DNA of 64,000 nucleotides, from positions 187,750 through 251,749 of the forward strand of contig CAZXEC010000001.1 in the NCBI GenBank assembly GCA_964639595.1. Direction: 5' to 3'. This document shows, in pieces, positions 55,431 to 64,000 of this stretch (its first letter is position 1; each line of letters begins with the position of its first letter). The stretch comes from an uncultured Gammaproteobacteria bacterium. Its GTDB lineage: Bacteria; Patescibacteriota; Microgenomatia; CAZXEC01. A model generated the notes under the pieces. The model was not told where the DNA came from and did not search any database. It saw only the letters and a list, made by a program, of their open reading frames with translations. The translations under genes and the position numbers were made by a program.

Positions 55431-56434
55431 AATTATTAGTTACCGGCGGAGCCGGATTTATCGGATCTAACTTTATTCACTACTGGTTGAAAAATCATTC
55501 AGGTGACCAAGTTGTCAACTTTGATAAATTAACTTATGCAGGTCACTTGGAGAGTTTAAAAGATATTAAAGACGATCCCAATTACGTTTTTGTTCAGGGA
55601 GATATAGCAAACGAAGAAGATGTTAAAAAGGTTATGCAAGGAGTTGATATGGTGGTACATTTTGCCGCCGAGTCTCATGTGGATAGATCGATTATGGATC
55701 CGCTGGTATTTGTAAAAACTAATACTTGGGGAACTGCAGTTTTGTTAAAAGCTGCGTTGGATAATAAAGTAAAAAGATTTCATCATGTATCTACGGATGA
55801 AGTATATGGAAGTTTGGGACCTAATGATTCACCCTTCACTCCGGAAACTCCTTTACAACCCAGAACTCCTTATGCTGCTTCAAAAGCAGGAGCAGACCAT
55901 CTCGTAAAAGCTTTTTTTGAAACCTACGGGCTACCGACAACTGTTACAAATTGCGCAAATAATTATGGTCCTTATCATGACCCAGAAAAATTAATCCCAC
56001 GATTTATTACGAATCTAATTGAAAGACAGAAGGTTCCATTAATGGGGAAAGGAGAAAATATTAGAGAGTGGCTTTATGTTATAGATCATGCAAGAGCCAT
56101 AGATTTAGTTATCCAAAAAGGAAAGCTTGGGGAAACATATTTAGTTCAAGGAGAAGAAAAGACTAATCTAGAGGTTACACGGAAGATTTTAGAAGTTTTG
56201 GGATTAGATGAGTCCTATATTGAGTATGTGGAACATAGATTGGGACATGATTTTCGTTATGCAAATGATGGCACTAAGTTAAGAGAGTTAGGGTGGAAGT
56301 CAGAATATACCTTTGATGAATCACTTAAAAAAACTGTGCAATGGTTTAGGGAAAATGAATGGTGGTGGAAGCCCTTGAAAAAAGATAGACCCAACGTTGA
56401 TAGATCTGCACAGAGCACCTATGATAGATTATGA
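55427..56434 (+). CDS. rmlB: dTDP-glucose 4,6-dehydratase
   Basis: DKLTYAG, HFAAESHVDRSI, HVSTDEVYG, YAASK. Confidence 0.95.
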   Translation: MKLLVTGGAGFIGSNFIHYWLKNHSGDQVVNFDKLTYAGHLESLKDIKDDPNYVFVQGDIANEEDVKKVMQGVDMVVHFAAESHVDRSIMDPLVFVKTNTWGTAVLLKAALDNKVKRFHHVSTDEVYGSLGPNDSPFTPETPLQPRTPYAASKAGADHLVKAFFETYGLPTTVTNCANNYGPYHDPEKLIPRFITNLIERQKVPLMGKGENIREWLYVIDHARAIDLVIQKGKLGETYLVQGEEKTNLEVTRKILEVLGLDESYIEYVEHRLGHDFRYANDGTKLRELGWKSEYTFDESLKKTVQWFRENEWWWKPLKKDRPNVDRSAQSTYDRL

Positions 56435-57006
56435 ATTACATCACATTAAAAAATATCGCTAATCAAAAAATAATTGACGGGGTCAAGGTAAAGCCGGTGG
56501 ATAGGCCAGCTGGAGAACGGGGCTGGAATCAGGAGTTTATGAGCAGTTCTGACAAATGGACTGATTTTTTCAACCAAGAATACCTTCCAGTCCATGGATA
56601 TGTGTCGGAAACCAAATCTTGGGTGGCCCGCGATGAAAATTTATGGCATGTTCATCCTAACCCCGCCCATCCGCAAGGGCTGGCTCAAGTTGACCGCTGG
56701 GTGATGCTCAAAAACGAGATAATAGCTGCTGTGGCTGATACACGGCCGAATTCGCCAACCATTGGCCTGTTAAACCTTTTCCATATGGGGGAGGCAGATG
56801 ATTTAAGGTATATGTTATGGATTCCGCCACAAGTCTTGCATGGTTTTATGGCTTTATCACAAGAGGCGCTTTTTTTGAATGTGACCAATCAAGCTTATGA
56901 TCCGGAAAAAATTGAAGGCAGAATCCCGTTTGAGCAAGCAGCGATTAAACTGGTAGACGGCAGATTATTTAGTTGGGAACTTATCAGACAAGATCTGAAG
57001 AAATAG
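56431..57006 (+). CDS. rmlC: dTDP-4-dehydrorhamnose 3,5-epimerase-like cupin
   Basis: IDGVKVK, WHVH, DTRPNSPT, LWIPPQVLHGF; lies between rmlB and rmlD. Confidence 0.7.
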   Translation: MNYITLKNIANQKIIDGVKVKPVDRPAGERGWNQEFMSSSDKWTDFFNQEYLPVHGYVSETKSWVARDENLWHVHPNPAHPQGLAQVDRWVMLKNEIIAAVADTRPNSPTIGLLNLFHMGEADDLRYMLWIPPQVLHGFMALSQEALFLNVTNQAYDPEKIEGRIPFEQAAIKLVDGRLFSWELIRQDLKK

Positions 57007-57009
57007 ACC

Positions 57010-57990
57010 ATGAAGGAATTGGCAGGGAGTGAGGAGAAAATTAACCAAACCTTGATACAAATTACCGGCGCTACTGGACTGGTCGGCTCACGATTGGTAG
57101 AGCTTTTGGCAAACAAATGGAATTTTGTGGCGCTTGATAGGCAGGAAGCTGAAAATTCGGCGCGGCAGTTACCTATCATTAAATACCAAATGCTGGATTT
57201 GTTATCATCACCCGTTGAGCAAATTATTGCCGATTCAGCCTCGCCATATTTTTTGCACCTGGCGGCATTCACTGATGTAGACGCTGCTGAAAAACAAAGA
57301 GGGCAAAAACAAGACAGCCTGGCTTGGAAATTAAATGTTGATGCCACAGACCGGATTGCCCGGGCCTGCCGACAATCAGGTAAATTATTGATCTATATTT
57401 CTACGGATTTTATCTTTGATGGTAAAAAAGGGCCGTATAAGGAAGATGACCAGTTAGTTGACAGTCCGGATGAAATTTCCTGGTATGGCTGGACTAAGTT
57501 GGCGGGAGAGCAAAAGATCCAACAATCAGGGGTGGAGGCGGCAGTTGTCCGTATTGCCTATCCCTTCAGGGCAAATTATCCACAGAAATTAGATTTTGCC
57601 AGTAGGATCATTGATTTATATAAAAAAGATCAGCTTTATCCTATGTTTGATGACCAGGAACTGACCCCAACTTGGGTGGACGACTTGTCTTTGGCCCTGG
57701 ATAAAATTTTATCAGATCGGCTGACTGGAATTTTCCATGTGGCTGCCGCTAATGGAGATAAGATAACTATTTCTCCTTACGATTTTGCCGTGATGCTGCT
57801 TGATCGTTTTTTCCAAGCCGGCCATAAAGTGAAAAGGGGATCACTGGCTGAATCTCTAAGATCAGGAAAAACAACTCCTCGGCCTGTACAAGGTGGCCTA
57901 CTGACTGGTAAAATTGAAAATTGCGGGGTCAAATTATCAAGCGTCGAGCAAGCTATTGATCAGCTGTATGATCAGCAGCAGGCAAATTAA
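57010..57990 (+). CDS. rmlD: dTDP-4-dehydrorhamnose reductase
   Basis: TGATGLVG, HLAAFTDVDAAE, YISTDFIFDG, YGWTK. Confidence 0.88.
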   Translation: MKELAGSEEKINQTLIQITGATGLVGSRLVELLANKWNFVALDRQEAENSARQLPIIKYQMLDLLSSPVEQIIADSASPYFLHLAAFTDVDAAEKQRGQKQDSLAWKLNVDATDRIARACRQSGKLLIYISTDFIFDGKKGPYKEDDQLVDSPDEISWYGWTKLAGEQKIQQSGVEAAVVRIAYPFRANYPQKLDFASRIIDLYKKDQLYPMFDDQELTPTWVDDLSLALDKILSDRLTGIFHVAAANGDKITISPYDFAVMLLDRFFQAGHKVKRGSLAESLRSGKTTPRPVQGGLLTGKIENCGVKLSSVEQAIDQLYDQQQAN

Positions 57991-58037
57991 TTATCTGATT
58001 TTGTGATGGGATTTTAATACCTTATAAATAATATTTT

Positions 58038-59330
58038 ATGACGATATCAATTATTGGTACTGGCTATGTCGGCTTAGTTACAGGTGCGGTGTTTGCCGAT
58101 TTTGGGCATAAAGTCTATTGCGTGGACATAGATGAGGAGAAGATTAAAATGCTCAAAAACGGCATGATCCCATTTTATGAACCAGGTTTGGAAGAGTTAG
58201 TTAAAAGAAATATTAACCAGCACCGGCTTTTTTTTACCACCAAGTATAGTCAAGCGGTACCACTATCCAAAATAGTGTTTATCTGTGTTGGGACGCCTCC
58301 GGCTGCCAATGGGGAAGCTGATTTGACGTATCTATTTAATTCAGTTTCTGAAACAGCCAAACACTTAAAAGGCTATACTTTGATTGCCATCAAGAGCACT
58401 GTCCCCATTGGGGTGGAAGACGAATTGCAGAGTTTAATCGGGAAAAATACCAAAGCCAGGTATGAATTTGCTTCTTGCCCGGAATTTTTAAGAGAAGGAT
58501 CGGCAGTGGAAGATGCCATGAAGCCGGATCGGATTGTTTTTGGCACTAAGGGTAACAAAGCGGCAGATATTTTACTTGATTTATACAAGCATTTTAACGG
58601 CCAAAGGTTGGTATGTGATCTTCGTTCTGCTCAAATGATCAAGTATGCTGCCAATGCTCTACTGGCAACAAAGGTATCGTTTGCCAATGCTGTGGCGATT
58701 TTGTGCGAAAAAACCGGGGCTGATGTTGAAGTGGTCTTGGATGGGGTAGGATTGGATCGTCGGATCGGCCGCAACTTTTTACATCCAGGCGTTGGTTATG
58801 GCGGTTCCTGTTTTCCCAAAGATGTGATAGCCTTCATAAAAATTGCCGATAAGGCAGGCTATGATTTTGATCTATTAAAATCTGTTGATCAGATCAACCG
58901 AGACCAGGTGGACTATTTTGTGCAAAAAACCCAAAAGCTATTAGATGGCTTAAATGATAAAACAATTGCAGTACTAGGCTTGTCTTTCAAACCCAATACT
59001 GACGATATGAGAGAAGCACCGTCTGTTAGTATCATAAATAAATTAATTGCCGGCGGCGCTTATGTTAAAGCCTATGATCCTGTGGCCAATGACAACGCCA
59101 AAAGAATTTTACAAAATGTCGATGTCTACTTTGCCCAAGATCCGTATGATGCTGCCCGTGGCGCGGATGCTATCATGATTGTGACAGAATGGAATGAATT
59201 TAAGGAGTTAGATTTATCAGAGTTGAAGAAATTAATGAATAAACCAGTTATAATTGATGGCAGGAATATTTATGACCCCAATCAAGTTAGATCTTTAGGA
59301 TTTATATATCAAGGGATCGGTAGGAATTAG
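58038..59330 (+). CDS. ugd: UDP-glucose 6-dehydrogenase
   Basis: GTGYVG, PEFLREG, GYGGSCFPKD, FKPNTDDMRE. Confidence 0.93.
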   Translation: MTISIIGTGYVGLVTGAVFADFGHKVYCVDIDEEKIKMLKNGMIPFYEPGLEELVKRNINQHRLFFTTKYSQAVPLSKIVFICVGTPPAANGEADLTYLFNSVSETAKHLKGYTLIAIKSTVPIGVEDELQSLIGKNTKARYEFASCPEFLREGSAVEDAMKPDRIVFGTKGNKAADILLDLYKHFNGQRLVCDLRSAQMIKYAANALLATKVSFANAVAILCEKTGADVEVVLDGVGLDRRIGRNFLHPGVGYGGSCFPKDVIAFIKIADKAGYDFDLLKSVDQINRDQVDYFVQKTQKLLDGLNDKTIAVLGLSFKPNTDDMREAPSVSIINKLIAGGAYVKAYDPVANDNAKRILQNVDVYFAQDPYDAARGADAIMIVTEWNEFKELDLSELKKLMNKPVIIDGRNIYDPNQVRSLGFIYQGIGRN

Positions 59331-59331
59331 A

Positions 59332-60291
59332 ATGAAAAAAGTTCGCTCACTCATTACTGGAATTACCGGATTTGCTGGCTCTCACATGGCCGAATTTTTA
59401 TTGAACGAAGACCACGAAGTTTATGGTATTGCCAGGTGGCGGTCACGCCGGGAACACATGGATAAAATTGAGGGTAAGGTAAAGATTTTAGAAGCAGATT
59501 TGCTCGATTCTCATTCTTTAGATAATATTATGCTTTCTGTCAGGCCGGATTATGTTTTCCATTTGGCAGCGCAAAGTTATGTGCCGGCATCTTGGACTTC
59601 TCCTGAAGCCACGTTAGAAATAAATGTAATTGGCTCTGTTAACTTGTTTGAGTCAGTCAGAAAAGCCCAAATCAATCCAGCTGTACAAATTGCCTGTTCT
59701 TCCGAAGAATATGGTTTAGTTCATCCCAATGAGGTTCCCATTACAGAAGAAAACCCTTTGAGACCGCTTTCCCCTTACGCTGTTTCTAAAGTAGCGATGG
59801 ACTATCTGGGATATCAATATTGCCAAAGTTATGGCATGAGGATTATCAGAACTAGGGGATTTAACCATACTGGTCCCAGAAGAGGTGAAGTTTTTGCCGA
59901 ATCCACTTTTGCCAAACAGATTGCTGAAATTGAGAAAGGCAAACAAGATCCGGTTATTTTGGTTGGGAACCTTGATGCAAAAAGGGATTACACCGATGTT
60001 CGGGATATGGTGCGGGGATATTTTGCAGCAGCCCAAAAAGGAGAAGCAGGCGAAGTTTACAATATTTGCAGTGGTAAAACTTGGCAGATCAAAGAAGTGT
60101 TGGATCACCTGCTATCCCTCACTAAGGTTAAAGTGGCAATCAAAGAAGATTCTACCAGAATGCGCCCCTCCGACGTGCCAATACTTTTGGGTGATAATAC
60201 TAAGTTTGTCAAAAAAACCGGATGGAAACTAACCATATCTTTTGAAAAAACATTGGAAGATCTTCTTAACTATTGGCGGGAGAAAGTGTAA
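59332..60291 (+). CDS. GDP-mannose 4,6-dehydratase / GDP-4-keto-6-deoxymannose reductase family
   Basis: ITGITGFAGSH, HLAAQSYV, SSEEYG, YAVSK, FNHTGPRR. Confidence 0.85.
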   Translation: MKKVRSLITGITGFAGSHMAEFLLNEDHEVYGIARWRSRREHMDKIEGKVKILEADLLDSHSLDNIMLSVRPDYVFHLAAQSYVPASWTSPEATLEINVIGSVNLFESVRKAQINPAVQIACSSEEYGLVHPNEVPITEENPLRPLSPYAVSKVAMDYLGYQYCQSYGMRIIRTRGFNHTGPRRGEVFAESTFAKQIAEIEKGKQDPVILVGNLDAKRDYTDVRDMVRGYFAAAQKGEAGEVYNICSGKTWQIKEVLDHLLSLTKVKVAIKEDSTRMRPSDVPILLGDNTKFVKKTGWKLTISFEKTLEDLLNYWREKV

Positions 60292-60300
60292 TTAGTAAAT

Positions 60301-60360
60301 AGCTTATGGCTCACAAGCAGATCGGTATTTAATGCTGTAAGCTGTAAGCTGTAAGCCATA
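60301..60360. repeat. intergenic heptamer repeat (GCTGTAA)x3 with a degenerate inverted arm
   Basis: GCTGTAAGCTGTAAGCTGTAA at 60334-60354; left arm GCTTATGGCTCACA. Confidence 0.7.
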
Positions 60361-61295
60361 TGCATATTTTAGTAACCGGCGGTGCTGGTTTCATCGGATC
60401 AAATCTTTGCGACCATCTGATAGGTGCCAAACACCAAGTAGTTTGTGTCGACAATCTTATCACCGGTTCAGAAAAAAATATTGGCCATCTCTTATCCAAT
60501 CCCAGCTTCTCATTTATAAAAGCAGATATCGCAGATAAAATAAATTTTAAGGAAAAGTTTGATGCGATTTTCCATCTGGCATCACCGGCATCCCCCATTG
60601 ATTATCAAAACCATCCAGTGGAAACCATGATTGCCAATAGCCAAGGCACTCACAAGATGCTCAACTTAGCCAAAAATCTCAATGCCAAGTTTTTGCTGGC
60701 TTCCACCTCCGAGGTTTACGGCGATCCCCAAGAGCATCCGCAAAAAGAGACTTATTGGGGCAATGTTAACCCCATTGGCGAAAGGTCTTGTTACGATGAA
60801 TCAAAACGCTATGCCGAAAGTTTAACCATGGTTTATGTTCGTAAATTTAATTTAGACGCCAGAATTGTCAGGATTTTTAATACTTATGGACCACGGCTGC
60901 AGAGAGATGACGGCCGGGTGATTTCCAATTTTATCAATCAAGCTTTGCATGGGCAAAGCTTGACTATCTACGGCGACGGTAACCAAACCAGATCATTTTG
61001 CTATGTGTCAGACATGGTAAAAGGTCTGGTGATGGCCATGAACAAAGAGCAAACCAAAGGTGAAGTCTTTAATTTAGGAAATCCGGAGGAGTTTACTATT
61101 TTACAAATTGCTCAAATGGTTAAAGAACTGATCAATCCCGTAGTAGAGTTTATTAATAAACCCTTGCCGCAAGATGATCCCAGATGCCGCCAACCTGATA
61201 TTAGCAAAGCCAGACAAGTGTTGGGTTGGCAACCACAAGTGCCATTCAAAGATGGCATCATCGCAACTATCGAATATTTCAAATCAAACGCCTAA
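60360..61295 (+). CDS. uxs: UDP-glucuronate decarboxylase (UDP-xylose synthase)
   Basis: HLASPASP, STSEVYGDP, YWGNVNPIG, CYDESKR, DGRVISNF. Confidence 0.92.
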   Translation: MHILVTGGAGFIGSNLCDHLIGAKHQVVCVDNLITGSEKNIGHLLSNPSFSFIKADIADKINFKEKFDAIFHLASPASPIDYQNHPVETMIANSQGTHKMLNLAKNLNAKFLLASTSEVYGDPQEHPQKETYWGNVNPIGERSCYDESKRYAESLTMVYVRKFNLDARIVRIFNTYGPRLQRDDGRVISNFINQALHGQSLTIYGDGNQTRSFCYVSDMVKGLVMAMNKEQTKGEVFNLGNPEEFTILQIAQMVKELINPVVEFINKPLPQDDPRCRQPDISKARQVLGWQPQVPFKDGIIATIEYFKSNA

Positions 61296-61346
61296 GAAAG
61301 CTTTTTCCAGTTGCCCTTTCTTGATATTTACCCTATCATGGGTGAT

Positions 61347-62501
61347 ATGAAAAAAGTGGTGGTGGTACTTCCAACTTATAATGAAAAGGGCATCATTTCA
61401 ACGATTATCCAACAAGTGCTTAAACAACAAGATAATCTTGACGGATATAGTTTAGAAGTATTGGTTTCTGATTCTCACTCTCCGGATGGCACAGGCCAGA
61501 TAGTCAAAGACATGGCAGCAAGCAACCCCCAGGTACACCTCTTGGATGTAATGGAAAGGGGTTTGGGTACAGGCTACTGGAGAGGTTTTCTATATGCTAA
61601 AGATAGTCTGGCTGCCGATATTCTTGTGGGAATGGATGCAGATGGCCAGCACAATCCTGAAGATATTCCCCGATTAATTAAAAAATTGGAACAAGGTTAC
61701 GATTTTGTTACTGGTTCCCGCTACATCTCCGAAGGCGGAATCAACGAATGGCCATTTTTTCGCCGAGTTCTGTCTTATGGCGCTAATTTTATTGTCCAAC
61801 TCTTAACAGGCATCTGGAAAATACATGAATTTACCACCTCGTACAGGTGTTTTAGAGCTGGCTTAGTTGACCAGCTTAAAAACTCACAAGTTGCTCGTGA
61901 GTCAAGTTGGGTTTTTGCCCCCATCTTGATAACAGAAGTTATCAGCAGGGGGGCAAAAGTAGCAGAGGTTCCAATTGTATTTTCCAAGCGAGCGGCAGGG
62001 GAATCAAAAATGGCTACTTGGGAATATATCTATGACTTGTTGGCTTATGCTGCGGAATTTAGATTAAAAATGTGGAATATCAAAGTGCCAGTTTTGAAAA
62101 GCGCCAGGAAATTTAAGACCCTTGTTAAATTTGGTCTAGTTGGTGTTAGCGGTACTGTGGTGGACTTTATCTGTTATGTGGCAATTGTAGAATTTTTCGG
62201 CACTGCTCCTGCTACTGCTAAAATATTCTCAACAGAAGTAGCCATAGTCAATAACTTTACCTGGAATAATGTTTGGACATTTGGCCAGAGAAAAGTCAAG
62301 GCTCCTCTTTGGAAAAAATTTGTTAGTTTCAATACCATCAGCATTGGCGGTTTGGTGATTAGCGTTTTGATAATTAAATCTCTGACCATTCAGTTTGGCA
62401 ATGAGCACTACCGTTTATACTTTTTTGTGACTATTCCAGCGGTGATGATGTGGAATTTTATTATGAACCATTTCTTTACTTGGAAAAGACCCAAACCTTA
62501 A
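61347..62501 (+). CDS. GT2 polyprenol-phosphate glycosyltransferase (DPM1-like) fused to a GtrA domain
   Basis: PTYNE, SPDGT, MDADGQH, GSRY; C-terminal KFGLVG..NNFTWNNVWTF. Confidence 0.85.
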   Translation: MKKVVVVLPTYNEKGIISTIIQQVLKQQDNLDGYSLEVLVSDSHSPDGTGQIVKDMAASNPQVHLLDVMERGLGTGYWRGFLYAKDSLAADILVGMDADGQHNPEDIPRLIKKLEQGYDFVTGSRYISEGGINEWPFFRRVLSYGANFIVQLLTGIWKIHEFTTSYRCFRAGLVDQLKNSQVARESSWVFAPILITEVISRGAKVAEVPIVFSKRAAGESKMATWEYIYDLLAYAAEFRLKMWNIKVPVLKSARKFKTLVKFGLVGVSGTVVDFICYVAIVEFFGTAPATAKIFSTEVAIVNNFTWNNVWTFGQRKVKAPLWKKFVSFNTISIGGLVISVLIIKSLTIQFGNEHYRLYFFVTIPAVMMWNFIMNHFFTWKRPKP

Positions 62502-63646
62502 CGATATGGTGTTAGGTTGTAAAAAGGGAAAACGTTATAGGAAATAAAGTTTAAGGAAAAAAGATAAATGGCCAAAGCCACAAGAACTAGGCCGATTTTA
62601 AATTCTTTCCTTTGGATGATGTCCTCAAAGGCTATAATAGCAAATGGGGCAATCGGCAGACTGTACCTTGCTATGTCACGATGAGCCACCATCATCGAAG
62701 CAGCCAAAAAAACCGTCACAAAAAATGCCATAGGATAAAGTTTTTTCTTAAATAGCCTGATGGCGGCAATAATGTAAATTAAATATAACCATACTAAGTC
62801 TTCCAGCCAGATCGTACCTACCCAAAATTGCTGGGTGTTAAATACCGAAAAAGGCGGCAGTGTCAGATGTATATTATCTCCGGAGTGAAAATATGCCAGA
62901 ACATCGCCATAAGCTTTGTCATACCAGAAAAAAATTGCCAGCAGGGTTAAGGGAATAAGGAATAGGGGGAAAGCTTTCCATAAAAGTTTACGATTGACAG
63001 CAAACTCATATAAACAATACAAACCCAACGCCACAAAAAGTAAAATTCCTGGACTCCTGGTAGTTTGAGCCAGCGCCCCCGATATTCCGGTAATCCAGAA
63101 GTCTTGCTGATGGCCGGTTTGCAGGCCCCTGATAAAGAAATAAATGGCCACAATAACAAGAAAAATGAAGATTGTTTCCGGAGCAGGTACGCTCCTGGCA
63201 ATTAAAAACCTGGCTGGCAGTATTAGAAATACCAGAGATAACCATAATGGGGCATTAGATAAATTTAGTTTCTTGACCATCAGATAAAATGCCCAGGCTG
63301 ATGCTATGGCAAATGCCAAAGTTATTGCCACCATGCCATAAAGATAACCCAAGGCAGGCGAGAATAAGTTGATAAGCAAGGGATATCCCGGGAAATGCGA
63401 GGCAAAATAAATAGGCGGCAGGTTAATCTGGGGAAAACCGGCAATAATGGAGGGGTTATATAGTGATTTGGCCACAATTGTGTAATTTAGGCCGTCAAAA
63501 TTACGCAGAATAATCTCAAATCCGCCGGCAGGCAAGTTAATTCCCCAAAAATTAGGCAGATGCAGCAAAAAAGGCAACCAGAGTAAAAAAGTTGTGCCTA
63601 AGGAAAAGAGAGCTATTTTGACCAAGTCAGAATAGAGACGGCTCAT
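62498..63646 (-). CDS. GT-C fold multi-TM glycosyltransferase (PIG-V-like)
   Basis: FDGLNY, HFPGYPLL, PETIF, TRSPG; many TM helices. Confidence 0.7.
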   Translation of the reverse strand: MSRLYSDLVKIALFSLGTTFLLWLPFLLHLPNFWGINLPAGGFEIILRNFDGLNYTIVAKSLYNPSIIAGFPQINLPPIYFASHFPGYPLLINLFSPALGYLYGMVAITLAFAIASAWAFYLMVKKLNLSNAPLWLSLVFLILPARFLIARSVPAPETIFIFLVIVAIYFFIRGLQTGHQQDFWITGISGALAQTTRSPGILLFVALGLYCLYEFAVNRKLLWKAFPLFLIPLTLLAIFFWYDKAYGDVLAYFHSGDNIHLTLPPFSVFNTQQFWVGTIWLEDLVWLYLIYIIAAIRLFKKKLYPMAFFVTVFLAASMMVAHRDIARYSLPIAPFAIIAFEDIIQRKEFKIGLVLVALAIYLFSLNFISYNVFPFYNLTPYR

Positions 63647-63752
63647 TTAGTTAATCATAGCATATCACAAAAATATGTTAAAATAGACTCGTTTAACTCG
63701 AGTTTGCGGAAACGCCACGCAGAGCGTTATGCGGCGTGTGGCAACTCTCTTT

Positions 63753-64000
63753 ATGGATAAAATTGACGAAATTTCCGTCTTCTTTCCTGCTTATAATGAG
63801 CAGGAAAATATTGCCAAAACCCTAGATCAGGCTGTTTATGTATTGGACAGAATTGCTGCTGTTTATGAGATTATTGTAGTCAACGATGGGTCGAGCGATG
63901 AGACGGCTCAAATAGTTGATGGGTATGTTGCCCAAGATCCCCATATCAGAATGATTACTCACTTGCCCAATCAAGGCTATGGGGCAGCTCTCAAATCCGG
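63753..64000 (+). CDS. GT2 glycosyltransferase, partial (runs off the window)
   Basis: MDKIDEISVFFPAYNEQENI..EIIVVNDGSSDET..NQGYGAALK. Confidence 0.85.
   Translation, partial: MDKIDEISVFFPAYNEQENIAKTLDQAVYVLDRIAAVYEIIVVNDGSSDETAQIVDGYVAQDPHIRMITHLPNQGYGAALKS

Noticed and set aside
1433-63245. Many short antisense or alternate-frame ORFs in the track
   Set aside because: They shadow well-supported genes and show no motifs.

Overview
Bacterial chromosomal segment read in genetic code 11. Gene content and style (short TsaB, stand-alone PEP-utilizing mobile-domain protein, Pro/Thr-rich anchored proteins, few Shine-Dalgarno sites, many apparently leaderless genes) suggest a Patescibacteria/CPR genome, probably Microgenomates-like; this is inference. 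Most of the window is housekeeping: nrdR-nrdJ-pduO, sodN/sodX, lon behind a CIRCE element, hppA, tRNA-Glu, greA, lysS, serS, secA, nadK, prfB, ftsEX, tsaE/tsaC/tsaB and a nucleotide-sugar/glycosyltransferase cluster. The most striking observation is a 17-bp palindromic element (YCCCGAT-NNN-ATCGGGR) flanked by 4-bp direct repeats. Each insertion therefore adds 21 nt (7 codons) and keeps the reading frame. It lies inside nrdJ, pduO, secA and a lamin-tail protein, inserts into its own loop to give nested copies, and also occurs intergenically; no mobilising enzyme is visible in the window. Other notable features: an RNR intein ending in Leu-Asp rather than His-Asn, heptamer repeats inside coding sequence, a methyltransferase/ABC-tail chimera from a recombination event, two genes interrupted by single in-frame stops, and a signalling operon without an output domain. 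No CRISPR array, rRNA gene, transposase or prophage was found.
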